64,000 nt of DNA from positions 96,001 to 160,000 of the forward strand of contig CBDCUI010000009.1 of assembly GCA_965222615.1 (NCBI GenBank). Reading direction: 5' to 3'. This DNA comes from Gammaproteobacteria bacterium. Its GTDB lineage: Bacteria; Pseudomonadota; Gammaproteobacteria; UBA4575. Below, one piece after another: positions 10,033-19,195 of this stretch (its first letter is position 1; the number at the start of each line of letters is the position of its first letter). The position numbers were made by a program, and so were the translations under genes. The notes beneath the pieces are model-generated. The model ran no database searches. It was not told the DNA's origin and saw nothing but the letters and a program-made list of their open reading frames with translations.

Positions 10033-12444
10033 TTAACCTCTGTAATTTTTTATCGTTCTGGCTGCTGCAATTGCCGCTTGCCCCAAGGCAAGTCCACCAT
10101 CATTCGCGGGGACTTGTTGATGGGTGAGTACATTAAAGTTTTCTTTTTCCAATCGAGTAATTACTTGCTCTAGTAAAAACTTGTTTTGAAATACTCCACC
10201 GCTGAGAACGATGTCATTAATCGTTCGTATTTCATTCTCAGTAGTGAGTTTCTTAACCATAGTGACAATGATCATTGCCAAGCCTTTATGAAACCGAGCC
10301 GACATAACTCCTAACGGTGTTTTTAAAATTAAATCACCGAGTAATGCTTGCCACATCGCAAGTGGTTCTATATAGGGTATTTGATTTTCTAAGTTAGGAA
10401 TTGCGAACGGGTAGGCGAGCAATTCATCTTCATAAAGTAATGTATCTGTATCGACTAATGACTCAAGTTCGATTGCCGCTTGACCTTCATAACTGACAGA
10501 TTCACGTGAAATGCCCATTGCAGCAGCAACCGCATCAAACAAGCGCCCACAGGAAGAAACCAGAGGCGAGTGGTTACCCGTTTTTAACATTGCATTGAAT
10601 GTTTCTAAAGGCTTGCTTTCCAAAAACCGAATGAGTTCAAGTTGAGCGAAATTCATTTTTAAGTCTTGCCAACCCAGCTCTGCCATTAAATGTGCGTAAG
10701 TATTTCGCCATGGTTCGTAAATGGCTTTTGTACCACCTAACATGGCAACCGGTTTAAACGTTCCTACTTGTTTGGCCTGTAAGTAATCCGCAACTAAAAA
10801 TTCGCCACCCCAAAGTTGGGCTTGCTCGTCGTTTGTTTCACCATAACCTAGGCCATCCAGTGCAACGCCTAACACGGGTTCAGAATTTAATGCACGATTA
10901 TTGTCAGCAAGACAAGCCGCTATATGGGCATGATGGTGTTGCACTTTTTGCAGTGGAAGTGCTTGTTTGTTAGAGATTTCTTCACCGAGCTTACTTGATA
11001 AGTATTCCGGATGTGCATCGATCACTATTTGTTGAGGTTTGTGCTGGAACAGCTTGGAGTACAAATTTAAATTCTTTTGATAGTCGACAAAGGTTGTCGC
11101 GTCTTCAAGATCGCCCATGTGTTGTGACAATATGGCTTGTCCATCTTTAATTAAACAAAAGGTATTTTTTAATTCTCCGCCCATGGCTAAAAGATTTGGG
11201 CTGGCAGCAAAACCATTGGGTAGGGGAATGCTTGCAGGGGCGTAGCCGCGTGCACGTCGCAACAGACGCGGGGCATTTGCCATGACTCGAACTACCGAAT
11301 CATCGACTCGGTTTACAATATCGCGATTATGCAAAAGTACATATTCAGCGAGTTCACCTAAACGTTTTTTTGCAGCATTGTTTTCGATGCATTGTGGTTC
11401 ATCACTGAGATTACCTGAAGTCAATACAATCGGTCGTTGCATGCGTTTTAATAACAAATGGTGCAAAGGTGTGTAGGGCAACATGAAGCCCAACGTATTT
11501 TGTTGTGGCGCAATGGCTTGTGGTAAAGAATTATTTTTGGCTTGTAAGATTACGATAGGGGCTTCTGTGCTTAGCAATAAAGCCTTTTCTTGTTCACTGG
11601 TGTAGCAGTATTGATTAATAATCTCTAGATCACGCGCCATTAATGCAAAAGGTTTATGGTAGCGGCGCTTGCGTTGACGCAAGGTTTCCACGGCTTGAGT
11701 GTTGGTCGCATCGCAAGCAAGGTGAAAGCCGCCAATTCCTTTAATTGCAAGTATCTTGCCTTGTTGCAATAATGAACATGCTGCATCGATGTCATCTAAC
11801 TGAGTTAAGTTTTCTGTGCATAAGGTATGTCCATCACTTCTTTCTAACCAAGCCTTTGGACCACATACATAGCAGGCGTTGGGTTGTGCATGGAAACGAC
11901 GGTCAAGCGGATTTTGGTATTCATTGTTGCAATCTTCGCATAATGAAAATTCGGCCATGCTTGTTTGTGCACGGTCATAGGGAATTCCATGTACGATAGA
12001 AAAGCGAGGTCCACAGTGTGTGCAGTTTGTAAATGGATAGCGATAACGTCGACTAAATGGATTTAAAGTATCTTCAGTACATGCAGCACAGTTTGCCGCA
12101 TCGGCCGCAACATTTGTGCGCACTTCGTTATTTGTGCTCGTGGCAATTTCAAAACAATCCGGTTGAATTTCGTCTTGCAGGGGCTCCGATTCAATATGGT
12201 GAATCTTTGCAAGCGGCGGGCAATGCGTGTGTAGATTATCAATAAAGTTATCAATAGATAAACGATTCCCCCATATATGAATTAATACCCCATTGCCATC
12301 ATTTAGTACTTTACCTTGTAACCCAAACTCATTGGCTAAACGCCACACCGTTGGACGAAATCCGACCCCTTGAACAATTCCGTTAATGCGAATTTGTCTT
12401 GCATCAATCGTATGCGAAGTCGAAGTGTGGGCTAATAAAGTCAT
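10033..12444 (-). CDS. hypF: carbamoyltransferase HypF
   Basis: GIVQGVGFRP acylphosphatase domain, zinc fingers CTHCGPR and RRFHAQPNAC, KGIGGFHL, QHHHAH, DGLGYG, NDGGLALGQ. Start 12444 overlaps the upstream stop. Confidence 0.97.
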   Translation of the reverse strand: MTLLAHTSTSHTIDARQIRINGIVQGVGFRPTVWRLANEFGLQGKVLNDGNGVLIHIWGNRLSIDNFIDNLHTHCPPLAKIHHIESEPLQDEIQPDCFEIATSTNNEVRTNVAADAANCAACTEDTLNPFSRRYRYPFTNCTHCGPRFSIVHGIPYDRAQTSMAEFSLCEDCNNEYQNPLDRRFHAQPNACYVCGPKAWLERSDGHTLCTENLTQLDDIDAACSLLQQGKILAIKGIGGFHLACDATNTQAVETLRQRKRRYHKPFALMARDLEIINQYCYTSEQEKALLLSTEAPIVILQAKNNSLPQAIAPQQNTLGFMLPYTPLHHLLLKRMQRPIVLTSGNLSDEPQCIENNAAKKRLGELAEYVLLHNRDIVNRVDDSVVRVMANAPRLLRRARGYAPASIPLPNGFAASPNLLAMGGELKNTFCLIKDGQAILSQHMGDLEDATTFVDYQKNLNLYSKLFQHKPQQIVIDAHPEYLSSKLGEEISNKQALPLQKVQHHHAHIAACLADNNRALNSEPVLGVALDGLGYGETNDEQAQLWGGEFLVADYLQAKQVGTFKPVAMLGGTKAIYEPWRNTYAHLMAELGWQDLKMNFAQLELIRFLESKPLETFNAMLKTGNHSPLVSSCGRLFDAVAAAMGISRESVSYEGQAAIELESLVDTDTLLYEDELLAYPFAIPNLENQIPYIEPLAMWQALLGDLILKTPLGVMSARFHKGLAMIIVTMVKKLTTENEIRTINDIVLSGGVFQNKFLLEQVITRLEKENFNVLTHQQVPANDGGLALGQAAIAAARTIKNYRG

Positions 12445-13649
12445 ACGCTTAGATTCCAAACGCTGACACGGTTATTGCCGGAATCTGCAATCACCAGTTT
12501 GTTACCAGTAACTTGCACGCCATAAGGCCAACACAAACTATCTGCACAAGCCGGCTGCCAACGGTTATCACCTTTTTCGTGAAAATTTTTCTGGCCCATC
12601 AGTGCGCGCGCATCTGCACCATTGCAAAGGTCATCGATATGCCAGGCGAGTAATCTTGAATTGGCCGTATCCGCAACGATTAGCCACTCATCTTTAGTGG
12701 CGATGGCGTAAGGCATGTTAAGTGTATTGGCACGTGGCCAATACAAAGACTGGTTATGATCGACAAGATCGGTATTGGTTTGACCTAAGACAAAATCACA
12801 TTTGGCAGCATTACTTTGTGGAATGCCTTTCCAAATCATGATGCGATTATTTCCTGCGTCGGCTACACAAAGGTGTCCGCACCACATGGCAAGTCCATGT
12901 GGCCAGCGCATACTCATGGCATTGGGGTTGCCACCGGCATTTTCATCACGATTAGTAAAATTCTGTTGTCCAAGTACTACATTCGCAGGCTGATCATCGA
13001 ATTCTGGAATGCCTTGCCAAATTAATACTCGGCGATTTTCAGAATCGGCAACGACTAAATGTCCATCCAGCCATGCGATTCCATATGGCCAATGAAAACT
13101 ATTTGCCAGTGCATGCTTGTTGCCTTTGTTTGCAGCGTTTGAGTGAAAATCTGCTTGGCCCAAAACTAAATCTGCCGGGACATTGTTGTCTTTAGGTATT
13201 TCATGCCAAATGAGAACACGGTGATTCCATGCATCGGCAACCGCCAAGCCATTACCGCATTTACAAATGCCGGTAGGGACATTTACAGTGGTTGTGCAAA
13301 CAGGTCCTTTGGCATTTCTACCTTCGGTATCAAAGTTTGCTTGCCCAATAATCCAATCCGCTGGAGTGCAGTCACTTTGCGGTAAGTTTTTCCAAGCAAG
13401 TAAGCGATGATGGCCGGTATCGCTAACCCACAGAGGACCATTTTCTTCTAATAGCATTGCAGCACGTGGACCAAAACACGTTTTTGCACTGGGCTGCACA
13501 CTCGCCGTGACCAATTCAGGTTCTCGTGCAGCACCTAATACGCTGATAGGTGTCGACTCAACTAAATCTATATGTGGAACCGTAGCTGCTTGTTGCACCT
13601 TTAATGTGGGATCCGGAGATACTTTTAAAGTTACTTGCTGCACCGTCAT
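12441..13649 (-). CDS. NHL-repeat beta-propeller protein, hydrogenase-associated
   Basis: Repeated P.G....L.VAD..N.RV..W units and VLGQ motifs. Confidence 0.9.
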   Translation of the reverse strand: MTVQQVTLKVSPDPTLKVQQAATVPHIDLVESTPISVLGAAREPELVTASVQPSAKTCFGPRAAMLLEENGPLWVSDTGHHRLLAWKNLPQSDCTPADWIIGQANFDTEGRNAKGPVCTTTVNVPTGICKCGNGLAVADAWNHRVLIWHEIPKDNNVPADLVLGQADFHSNAANKGNKHALANSFHWPYGIAWLDGHLVVADSENRRVLIWQGIPEFDDQPANVVLGQQNFTNRDENAGGNPNAMSMRWPHGLAMWCGHLCVADAGNNRIMIWKGIPQSNAAKCDFVLGQTNTDLVDHNQSLYWPRANTLNMPYAIATKDEWLIVADTANSRLLAWHIDDLCNGADARALMGQKNFHEKGDNRWQPACADSLCWPYGVQVTGNKLVIADSGNNRVSVWNLSV

Positions 13650-14530
13650 AGCAATTTAACTTCCACTTTATTATTCACTGTGCGCACCGCGTGGGTTTGT
13701 AATTGAACTTCTGGCGCAGTTAGACATTCACCGCTTTCAAGTGAATAGACAAAACCATGGTGTGGGCATGTTAAGTTTCCATTGCTTATTTCACCAAGGT
13801 CTAATGGCATTCCCATATGTGCACAGGCATTTTGGTAACAAGTAACTTTGCGATCAAAGCGACTTAGCAAAATATCATTGCCTGCAATGGACATAACTTT
13901 GATGTTTGCTTCAGGGATTTCATTCAATTGGCATGCATATAACCAACCGGCATCTTCATTGCGTGCAAACGGACTAATAAAATTTACCGGCACGGCATCA
14001 ACTGGTTTTGCCGTGACACCACCTTTGGCTTTTTTAATGGTAGTAATTTCAGAACAGTATTCCTTAATGGCTTTTTCCACACCTTCCGATAAGGTTAATG
14101 AGGAAGCGGGACAGCCATCACAGGCGCCAAGCAATCTGATTTCGACGGTGTCAGGTAAGGTTATTGCTACAAGTTCGACATCACCGCCGTGGCTGGCAAG
14201 AAATGGCCGTACAGAATCTAAAGCCGCTTCAACTCGTTCATGTAAAGAGGGTTTAACAATTTCATGATGCCTAAGCACTGCGTAGATCACTTCATCGGCA
14301 GCGGCTTCGCGTAAGGACTTTGCAGCAACAGTATTTTTCTTTAATGATCGAATTAAACGAGTAAAGGCTTCTTTGTTTAAATCACCGTGAGCACGAAGCA
14401 AGGCTTCAACCGTATTGCGCTGCTGTTCATCCCAGTTTGCAACAATGCTTTCTAGTGATTGAATATCTTTTAGCAAATTATCCAGTTCTGATTCAGATTC
14501 TGTAAATACAGGTTCGGCTAAAGATGACAT
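13646..14530 (-). CDS. NifU-like (Nfu) domain + Rieske [2Fe-2S] domain protein
   Basis: VRPFLASHGGDVEL and GACDGCPAS; C-terminal CAH and CPHHG Rieske ligands. Confidence 0.9.
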   Translation of the reverse strand: MSSLAEPVFTESESELDNLLKDIQSLESIVANWDEQQRNTVEALLRAHGDLNKEAFTRLIRSLKKNTVAAKSLREAAADEVIYAVLRHHEIVKPSLHERVEAALDSVRPFLASHGGDVELVAITLPDTVEIRLLGACDGCPASSLTLSEGVEKAIKEYCSEITTIKKAKGGVTAKPVDAVPVNFISPFARNEDAGWLYACQLNEIPEANIKVMSIAGNDILLSRFDRKVTCYQNACAHMGMPLDLGEISNGNLTCPHHGFVYSLESGECLTAPEVQLQTHAVRTVNNKVEVKLL

Positions 14531-14539
14531 GCTTGATCG

Positions 14540-14764
14540 TTATGCGTATTTAAGATTTTTAAATAGGAAGGGTTGGGCGATTCCAGATGCGAGGCTGGCT
14601 AACACAATTGCTAGCCATAACGGTATTCCTAACATCGCTAAGGCAATTGTTATGACTGCAGCGATCACAACACCAATAATGGTTTGGCGAATTACGCTGC
14701 CAACGTCTTGAAATAAACGACCTTGTAGAAATAAAACAACTGAGTTTTTAAACATCTCAAACAT
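14540..14764 (-). CDS. small membrane protein of the extended hyp operon
   Basis: Two hydrophobic segments, ends QPFLFKNLKYA, tightly packed in the operon. Confidence 0.75.
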   Translation of the reverse strand: MFEMFKNSVVLFLQGRLFQDVGSVIRQTIIGVVIAAVITIALAMLGIPLWLAIVLASLASGIAQPFLFKNLKYA

Positions 14765-14774
14765 AAGGGCTTCC

Positions 14775-15005
14775 TCAGATAAACACTAAAACAACAAGTG
14801 CAAGTAAAATTCCTGGTACGGCACCGATGGGCCCATAAAACGAGCCCATCATGGCGGCAAGTTCGTTTCCCATATGTTTTCCACCTACAAGAATTCCGCC
14901 AATAGAACCCCCAATCGCACTCACAATTAGCGCAATTAAAATATAAATAGCGCTGGTAATGATTGAGATATCGCCTGATGCTACAGAGCTAAAGACATCA
15001 CCCAT
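14775..15005 (-). CDS. small Gly-rich membrane protein of the extended hyp operon
   Basis: Hydrophobic, GGSIGGILVGG; AGGAG RBS upstream. Confidence 0.75.
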   Translation of the reverse strand: MGDVFSSVASGDISIITSAIYILIALIVSAIGGSIGGILVGGKHMGNELAAMMGSFYGPIGAVPGILLALVVLVFI

Positions 15006-15045
15006 AATATTTTTCTCCTACCTGTTTTTAATAGTAATAATTTAT

Positions 15046-16062
15046 TTAAATTCTAGATTCACCAAACCCGTTTCCGCTATTAGAGTGAGTGCTATCTAGA
15101 TTTAATTCACCGCTAACTTCCACCAATACTTCTCTAATGACATTCGCTTTTTCTGCATCATCAAATTGGTTGAATATATCCAAAGCTTGGCTATACATTT
15201 CACGTGCCTGATGAAGATGATCAAAATTGCCTGTTTCGGGGTTTTGTAGGTCATCTGGTAAGTTGCGTAGGCAATTGGCTTTATTGCAAATGGTATTGGC
15301 ATATTCGAGCGGTGTATCTTTTTCGGTACGCACTTTTAATGCTTCATCGTAAGCTTCAAGTGCGCGCAAATTATTTTCCACTGCGTGTCCACTAGAAACA
15401 TATTGCAATGCGTTGCCAAGATTATTTTGTAACATCGCGTATTCACTAGGTTGTTCGACCAGAGTGACGACTTTTAATGCCTCCTCAAAAGATTGTACGG
15501 CGAGTGCTTCACGAATTTTTGCCTTTTCATCTGTAATCGGAATGGATAAATACGCGGTTGCTAAATTATTGTGCAAAATTGCATACTCCTTGGGGAATTT
15601 TTCGCAGGTAAAAACACGCAGTGAACGTTGGTATGCTGCAATGGCATCACTTATCGATGCAGCATTTAAATTTGATAAGGCTTGCAGCACGAGACCTAGA
15701 TTCATTTCCACTTCTGCAACTTCTTCTTGGGTGCCAGAAATCTTTAATTCAGGCAGGGCGGTTTCAAATTCAGCTTGGGCTTTAAGTAAAAATTCTGTAC
15801 CTAGGGCAGGGACTGCTTGTAAGGCTGTGCCTTTACGCGCATGGATCCTGGCGATAAGTAAGGGGTTATCGGCTGGGCATAATGCTAAAGATTTGTCATA
15901 GAGTTGAATGGCATTGTGTAGTTGCTGGGGAGTTTTGGGTTTTTGCTGTAACCCCATTGCAATCTGCATCAGCAGCTCGACTTTTTCTTCAGCACTGATT
16001 TCTTCGGCTTCGACTGCCGCAAGCGCCTGAGTAAATTCGTGATCTGAAACGCTGTTCACCAC
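15046..16062 (-). CDS. TPR-repeat protein, hydrogenase-associated
   Basis: Repeated YA..QNNLG.A helical units; GTG start with a GAGGAGG RBS. Confidence 0.85.
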   Translation of the reverse strand: MVNSVSDHEFTQALAAVEAEEISAEEKVELLMQIAMGLQQKPKTPQQLHNAIQLYDKSLALCPADNPLLIARIHARKGTALQAVPALGTEFLLKAQAEFETALPELKISGTQEEVAEVEMNLGLVLQALSNLNAASISDAIAAYQRSLRVFTCEKFPKEYAILHNNLATAYLSIPITDEKAKIREALAVQSFEEALKVVTLVEQPSEYAMLQNNLGNALQYVSSGHAVENNLRALEAYDEALKVRTEKDTPLEYANTICNKANCLRNLPDDLQNPETGNFDHLHQAREMYSQALDIFNQFDDAEKANVIREVLVEVSGELNLDSTHSNSGNGFGESRI

Positions 16063-16151
16063 GTCTTCCTCCTCAATAACAGGCTTATAAGTATTTTTAT
16101 GCGCAAAACCCTACGCTAATGTACACAGGAATGTCAAGTAAATAAACAGAA

Positions 16152-16168
16152 TGTAAACTTACTTTACA
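16152..16168. promoter_or_regulatory. palindrome TGTAAA-N5-TTTACA, putative regulator site between the divergent hyp operon and activator gene
   Basis: TGTAAActtacTTTACA; the same arms recur upstream of the hydrogenase genes. Confidence 0.65.
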
Positions 16169-16245
16169 ATAAATATAATTAATGCTTGCTAGATAGATAT
16201 TTTCTTTATATAGTGCAAACTAAGTTAACAATACTAAGTTCATAC

Positions 16246-17697
16246 ATGAATGACGGGGTATCCACGATAGTCATTGCAGGCTTTTCTGCGAAAAAGGCAG
16301 TTGAGCTCAATCGATGTCTAGGACTGCACTACAGTATTCACACGGTCGATCATGAATCTGACGTCATGCCTTTGCTCGATTCTGAGCAAGTGGATCTGCT
16401 GTTATGCCAATTCGGTGAAGAGGGCTTTGATGCACTCAAGCTGTTACAAGAGTCCAGAGTCAGCCACCCTGAAACCGTACGCCTGCTTGCGGGTTCACTA
16501 GACCGAGATACACGTAAAAAGGCAATTAATGAAGCTGCTATTTATCAATTTGTGCCAAACGAATTTTCAGTAGAACAAATCGAATTATTAGTAAGACGGG
16601 CATTAGAAAACAGAGAACTGGCGTATCGCCACCGGCATCTAAGTCGCGACTTGAAAATTGCTGAAGACGTACTCAGAAAACATAAAGACATTGTAAAACT
16701 TGGCACTAGTGAAAGTACACGGTTTGAAAAACTAGTGTATTGCAGTCCTAGCATGGCATCACTATGTAATATGGCAAAAAAATCCGCAAAAACTAATTTA
16801 CCCATTCTAATTCAAGGCGAAACTGGTACGGGTAAAGAGTTAATGGCACGTGCCATTCACTATAATAGTGAGCGTAAAAATCAGCCCTTGATGGTGCAAA
16901 ACTGTGGTGGCATGTCGGATGAGTTGTTGCATTCAGAGCTATTTGGTCACAAGCGAGGTGCATTTACGGGCGCAGTGAGTGATCGTTTAGGTCTATTTCC
17001 GGCTGCTGATGGTGGTACGGTTTTTCTTGATGAAATTTCTTCCGTATCACCAACCTTTCAAGTCAGTTTGCTACGTTTTTTACAAGAGGGTGAAGTCAAA
17101 CCACTAGGCAGTGACCAAACGATTAAATGCGATGTACGAATTATCGCTGCAAGCAATCAGCCCTTAGATGTATTAATTAGTAAAAATAAATTTAGAAAAG
17201 ACCTGTTTTATCGTCTCAATGGCTTTCAATTAAATATTCCTCCTTTACGCAAAAGAATCGAGGATGTTGAAGTGCTTGCAGATTATTTGGTTAAACAGTT
17301 TTCTGAACAAGCCAATAGACATATCTTGGGGGTTTCTCCTGGTGTGTTGGAGCAATTTGCACTTTATGATTGGCCGGGTAATGTGCGCGAACTGGAAAAT
17401 GAAATTAAGAGAATGATTGCGGTCACAGAAAGCGGCAATTTTATTACAGAGGAGCATTTATCCAGTCATATTCGTGCACTTAAACCAACAGTCAAATCAA
17501 AAGGAATGGAATTAGAATTAGATGGTATTACCTTAAAAGAAAAAGTCGAACGCATGGAAGCAGAAATTATTTTAAATACACTTAAAAGATTACGCTGGAA
17601 TCAAAGTAAAGCTGCAATGGAATTGGGTCTATCAAGAGTTGGGTTATCCAATAAAATAAAACGTTATCAACTAGGCGAACAAAGCAACGCGGCTTAG
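16246..17697 (+). CDS. sigma54-dependent activator, HupR/HoxA-like, with a degenerate (pseudo) receiver domain
   Basis: GETGTGKE, SELFGHKRGAFTGA, FLDEI, WPGNVRELEN and a Fis-type HTH; AINEAAIYQF typical of HupR/HoxA. Likely start ATG 16246. Confidence 0.88.
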   Translation: MNDGVSTIVIAGFSAKKAVELNRCLGLHYSIHTVDHESDVMPLLDSEQVDLLLCQFGEEGFDALKLLQESRVSHPETVRLLAGSLDRDTRKKAINEAAIYQFVPNEFSVEQIELLVRRALENRELAYRHRHLSRDLKIAEDVLRKHKDIVKLGTSESTRFEKLVYCSPSMASLCNMAKKSAKTNLPILIQGETGTGKELMARAIHYNSERKNQPLMVQNCGGMSDELLHSELFGHKRGAFTGAVSDRLGLFPAADGGTVFLDEISSVSPTFQVSLLRFLQEGEVKPLGSDQTIKCDVRIIAASNQPLDVLISKNKFRKDLFYRLNGFQLNIPPLRKRIEDVEVLADYLVKQFSEQANRHILGVSPGVLEQFALYDWPGNVRELENEIKRMIAVTESGNFITEEHLSSHIRALKPTVKSKGMELELDGITLKEKVERMEAEIILNTLKRLRWNQSKAAMELGLSRVGLSNKIKRYQLGEQSNAA

Positions 17698-17720
17698 TGA
17701 TTTAGTTTTATAAAATTTTT

Positions 17721-17966
17721 GTGGCCGATAAGACCAATAGAAATGCTAAGGATGGCTCTTCAAAGACAATAGTTTTTCCGCAATCTAGAACTCGCCCTAA
17801 ACAAAGTAAACAGGAAGTGCGTGAACTCGGTGTTTCAAAATTTGCTAAACAATTAGGCGGTATTCAACCTAATCTAAAAGGACATTGGTGTAGTCGCTGC
17901 AAAGGGATATGGTATGGCTATGTAGGGGAGTGTGAATGTCCTGCCTGTGGTAATCGCAACGGCTAG
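17721..17966 (+). CDS. small hypothetical zinc-ribbon-like protein
   Basis: HWCSRC...CECPAC; 23 bp after the regulator gene. Confidence 0.65.
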   Translation: MADKTNRNAKDGSSKTIVFPQSRTRPKQSKQEVRELGVSKFAKQLGGIQPNLKGHWCSRCKGIWYGYVGECECPACGNRNG

Positions 17967-18005
17967 GCGTTAACTCTTTCTTATCGATTTTCTTGAAATA
18001 GCTTG

Positions 18006-18046
18006 TGTAAATAATCTTTACAGTTTGCATATAAACTATGTTTACA
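18006..18046. promoter_or_regulatory. tandem palindromic upstream activator sites T(G/A)TAAA-N5-TTTACA
   Basis: TGTAAAtaatcTTTACA (18006-18022) and TATAAActatgTTTACA (18030-18046), about 90-130 bp upstream of the sigma54 element. Confidence 0.7.
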
Positions 18047-18133
18047 AATAGGCTAATTTAAACCTAGATTCAACCTTTATATTTTCTCGCAATTTATTGA
18101 ATTTAAAAAATTAAATAAATTATATTATTCGTT

Positions 18134-18149
18134 TGGCACATAACTTGCT
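18134..18149 (+). promoter_or_regulatory. sigma54 (-24/-12) promoter of the hydrogenase structural genes
   Basis: TGGCACATAACTTGCT matches TGGCAC-N5-TTGCW with exact GG-N10-GC spacing, 60 bp before the start codon. Confidence 0.88.
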
Positions 18150-18209
18150 CGCTTAACTGAAAAAGCATTCATTGCTGAATAAAAACATACGTTAAAGCGG
18201 AGGAGTGAA

Positions 18210-19172
18210 ATGGCCAATATCATGTGGTTACAGGGTGGTGCCTGTTCGGGTAACACCATGTCTTTTCTAAACGCTGAAGAACCAAGTGCCTGTGATCTAG
18301 TTACTGATTTCGGCATGAATGTGCTTTGGCACCCATCGCTCGGCATGGAATTGGGCGACAACCTGCAGCAAATGTTGCGCGATTGTGTTTCTGGTGCAAT
18401 TAAGCTCGATATCTTTGTATTTGAAGGTACGGTAGTAAATGCGCCAGGTGGTACCGGGGAGTGGAACCGTTTTGCTGGGCGCCCAATGAAAGAATGGGTT
18501 CGTGAATTAGCCGATGCAGCAGATTTTGTGGTGGCCATTGGGGATTGTGCGACTTGGGGCGGTATTCCTGCAACGGCACCTAATCCTTCTGAATCACAGG
18601 GACTACAGTTTTTAAAGCGAGATCATGGTGGCTTCTTGGGGGCTGACTTTAAGAGTAAAGCTGGTTTGCCTGTTATTAATATTCCCGGATGTCCATGTCA
18701 TCCAGATTGGGTGACACAAATACTTGTGGGCATTGCAACCGGTAGAGCAGGTGATTTGGCGTTAGATGAATTTCAACGTCCAAAAACATTCTTTCAAAGT
18801 TTCACGCAAACCGGTTGTACTCGAAATATGCATTTTGCATACAAGGTTTCTGCCACCGAGTTTGGTCAGCGCAAAGGATGCCTGTTTTATGATTTAGGTT
18901 GTCGTGGACCAATGACCCATTCACCTTGCAATCGAATATTGTGGAATCGAGTTTCCTCAAAAACGCGTTCAGGTATGCCTTGCTTAGGTTGTACGGAACC
19001 AGAATTTCCATTTTTTGATCTCGCTCCGGGAACGGTATTTAAAACCCAAACCGTTATGGGTGTGCCAAAAGACTTACCAACGGGGGTTGATAAGAAAGGT
19101 TACGTCAAGCTCACTGGTGCAGCAAAAGCTGCAATGCCGGCGTGGGCAGAACAAGACATATTCGTCGTTTAA
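18210..19172 (+). CDS. [NiFe]-hydrogenase small subunit, group 2a-type, no Tat signal
   Basis: WLQGGACSGNTMSFLNAEEP, GDCATWGG, PGCPCHP, QTGCTRN, GCLFYDLGCRGP, CLGC; AGGAG RBS. Confidence 0.93.
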   Translation: MANIMWLQGGACSGNTMSFLNAEEPSACDLVTDFGMNVLWHPSLGMELGDNLQQMLRDCVSGAIKLDIFVFEGTVVNAPGGTGEWNRFAGRPMKEWVRELADAADFVVAIGDCATWGGIPATAPNPSESQGLQFLKRDHGGFLGADFKSKAGLPVINIPGCPCHPDWVTQILVGIATGRAGDLALDEFQRPKTFFQSFTQTGCTRNMHFAYKVSATEFGQRKGCLFYDLGCRGPMTHSPCNRILWNRVSSKTRSGMPCLGCTEPEFPFFDLAPGTVFKTQTVMGVPKDLPTGVDKKGYVKLTGAAKAAMPAWAEQDIFVV

Positions 19173-19195
19173 TTTTTACTAAGGAGTCATAAAAA

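Noticed and set aside
16101-16120. sigma54 promoter for the minus-strand hyp operon
   Set aside because: The best match lacks the GG dinucleotide and has the wrong spacing.
16152-18046. TyrR boxes
   Set aside because: The spacer is 5 nt rather than 6 in all copies, and the context is hydrogenase rather than aromatic amino acid metabolism.
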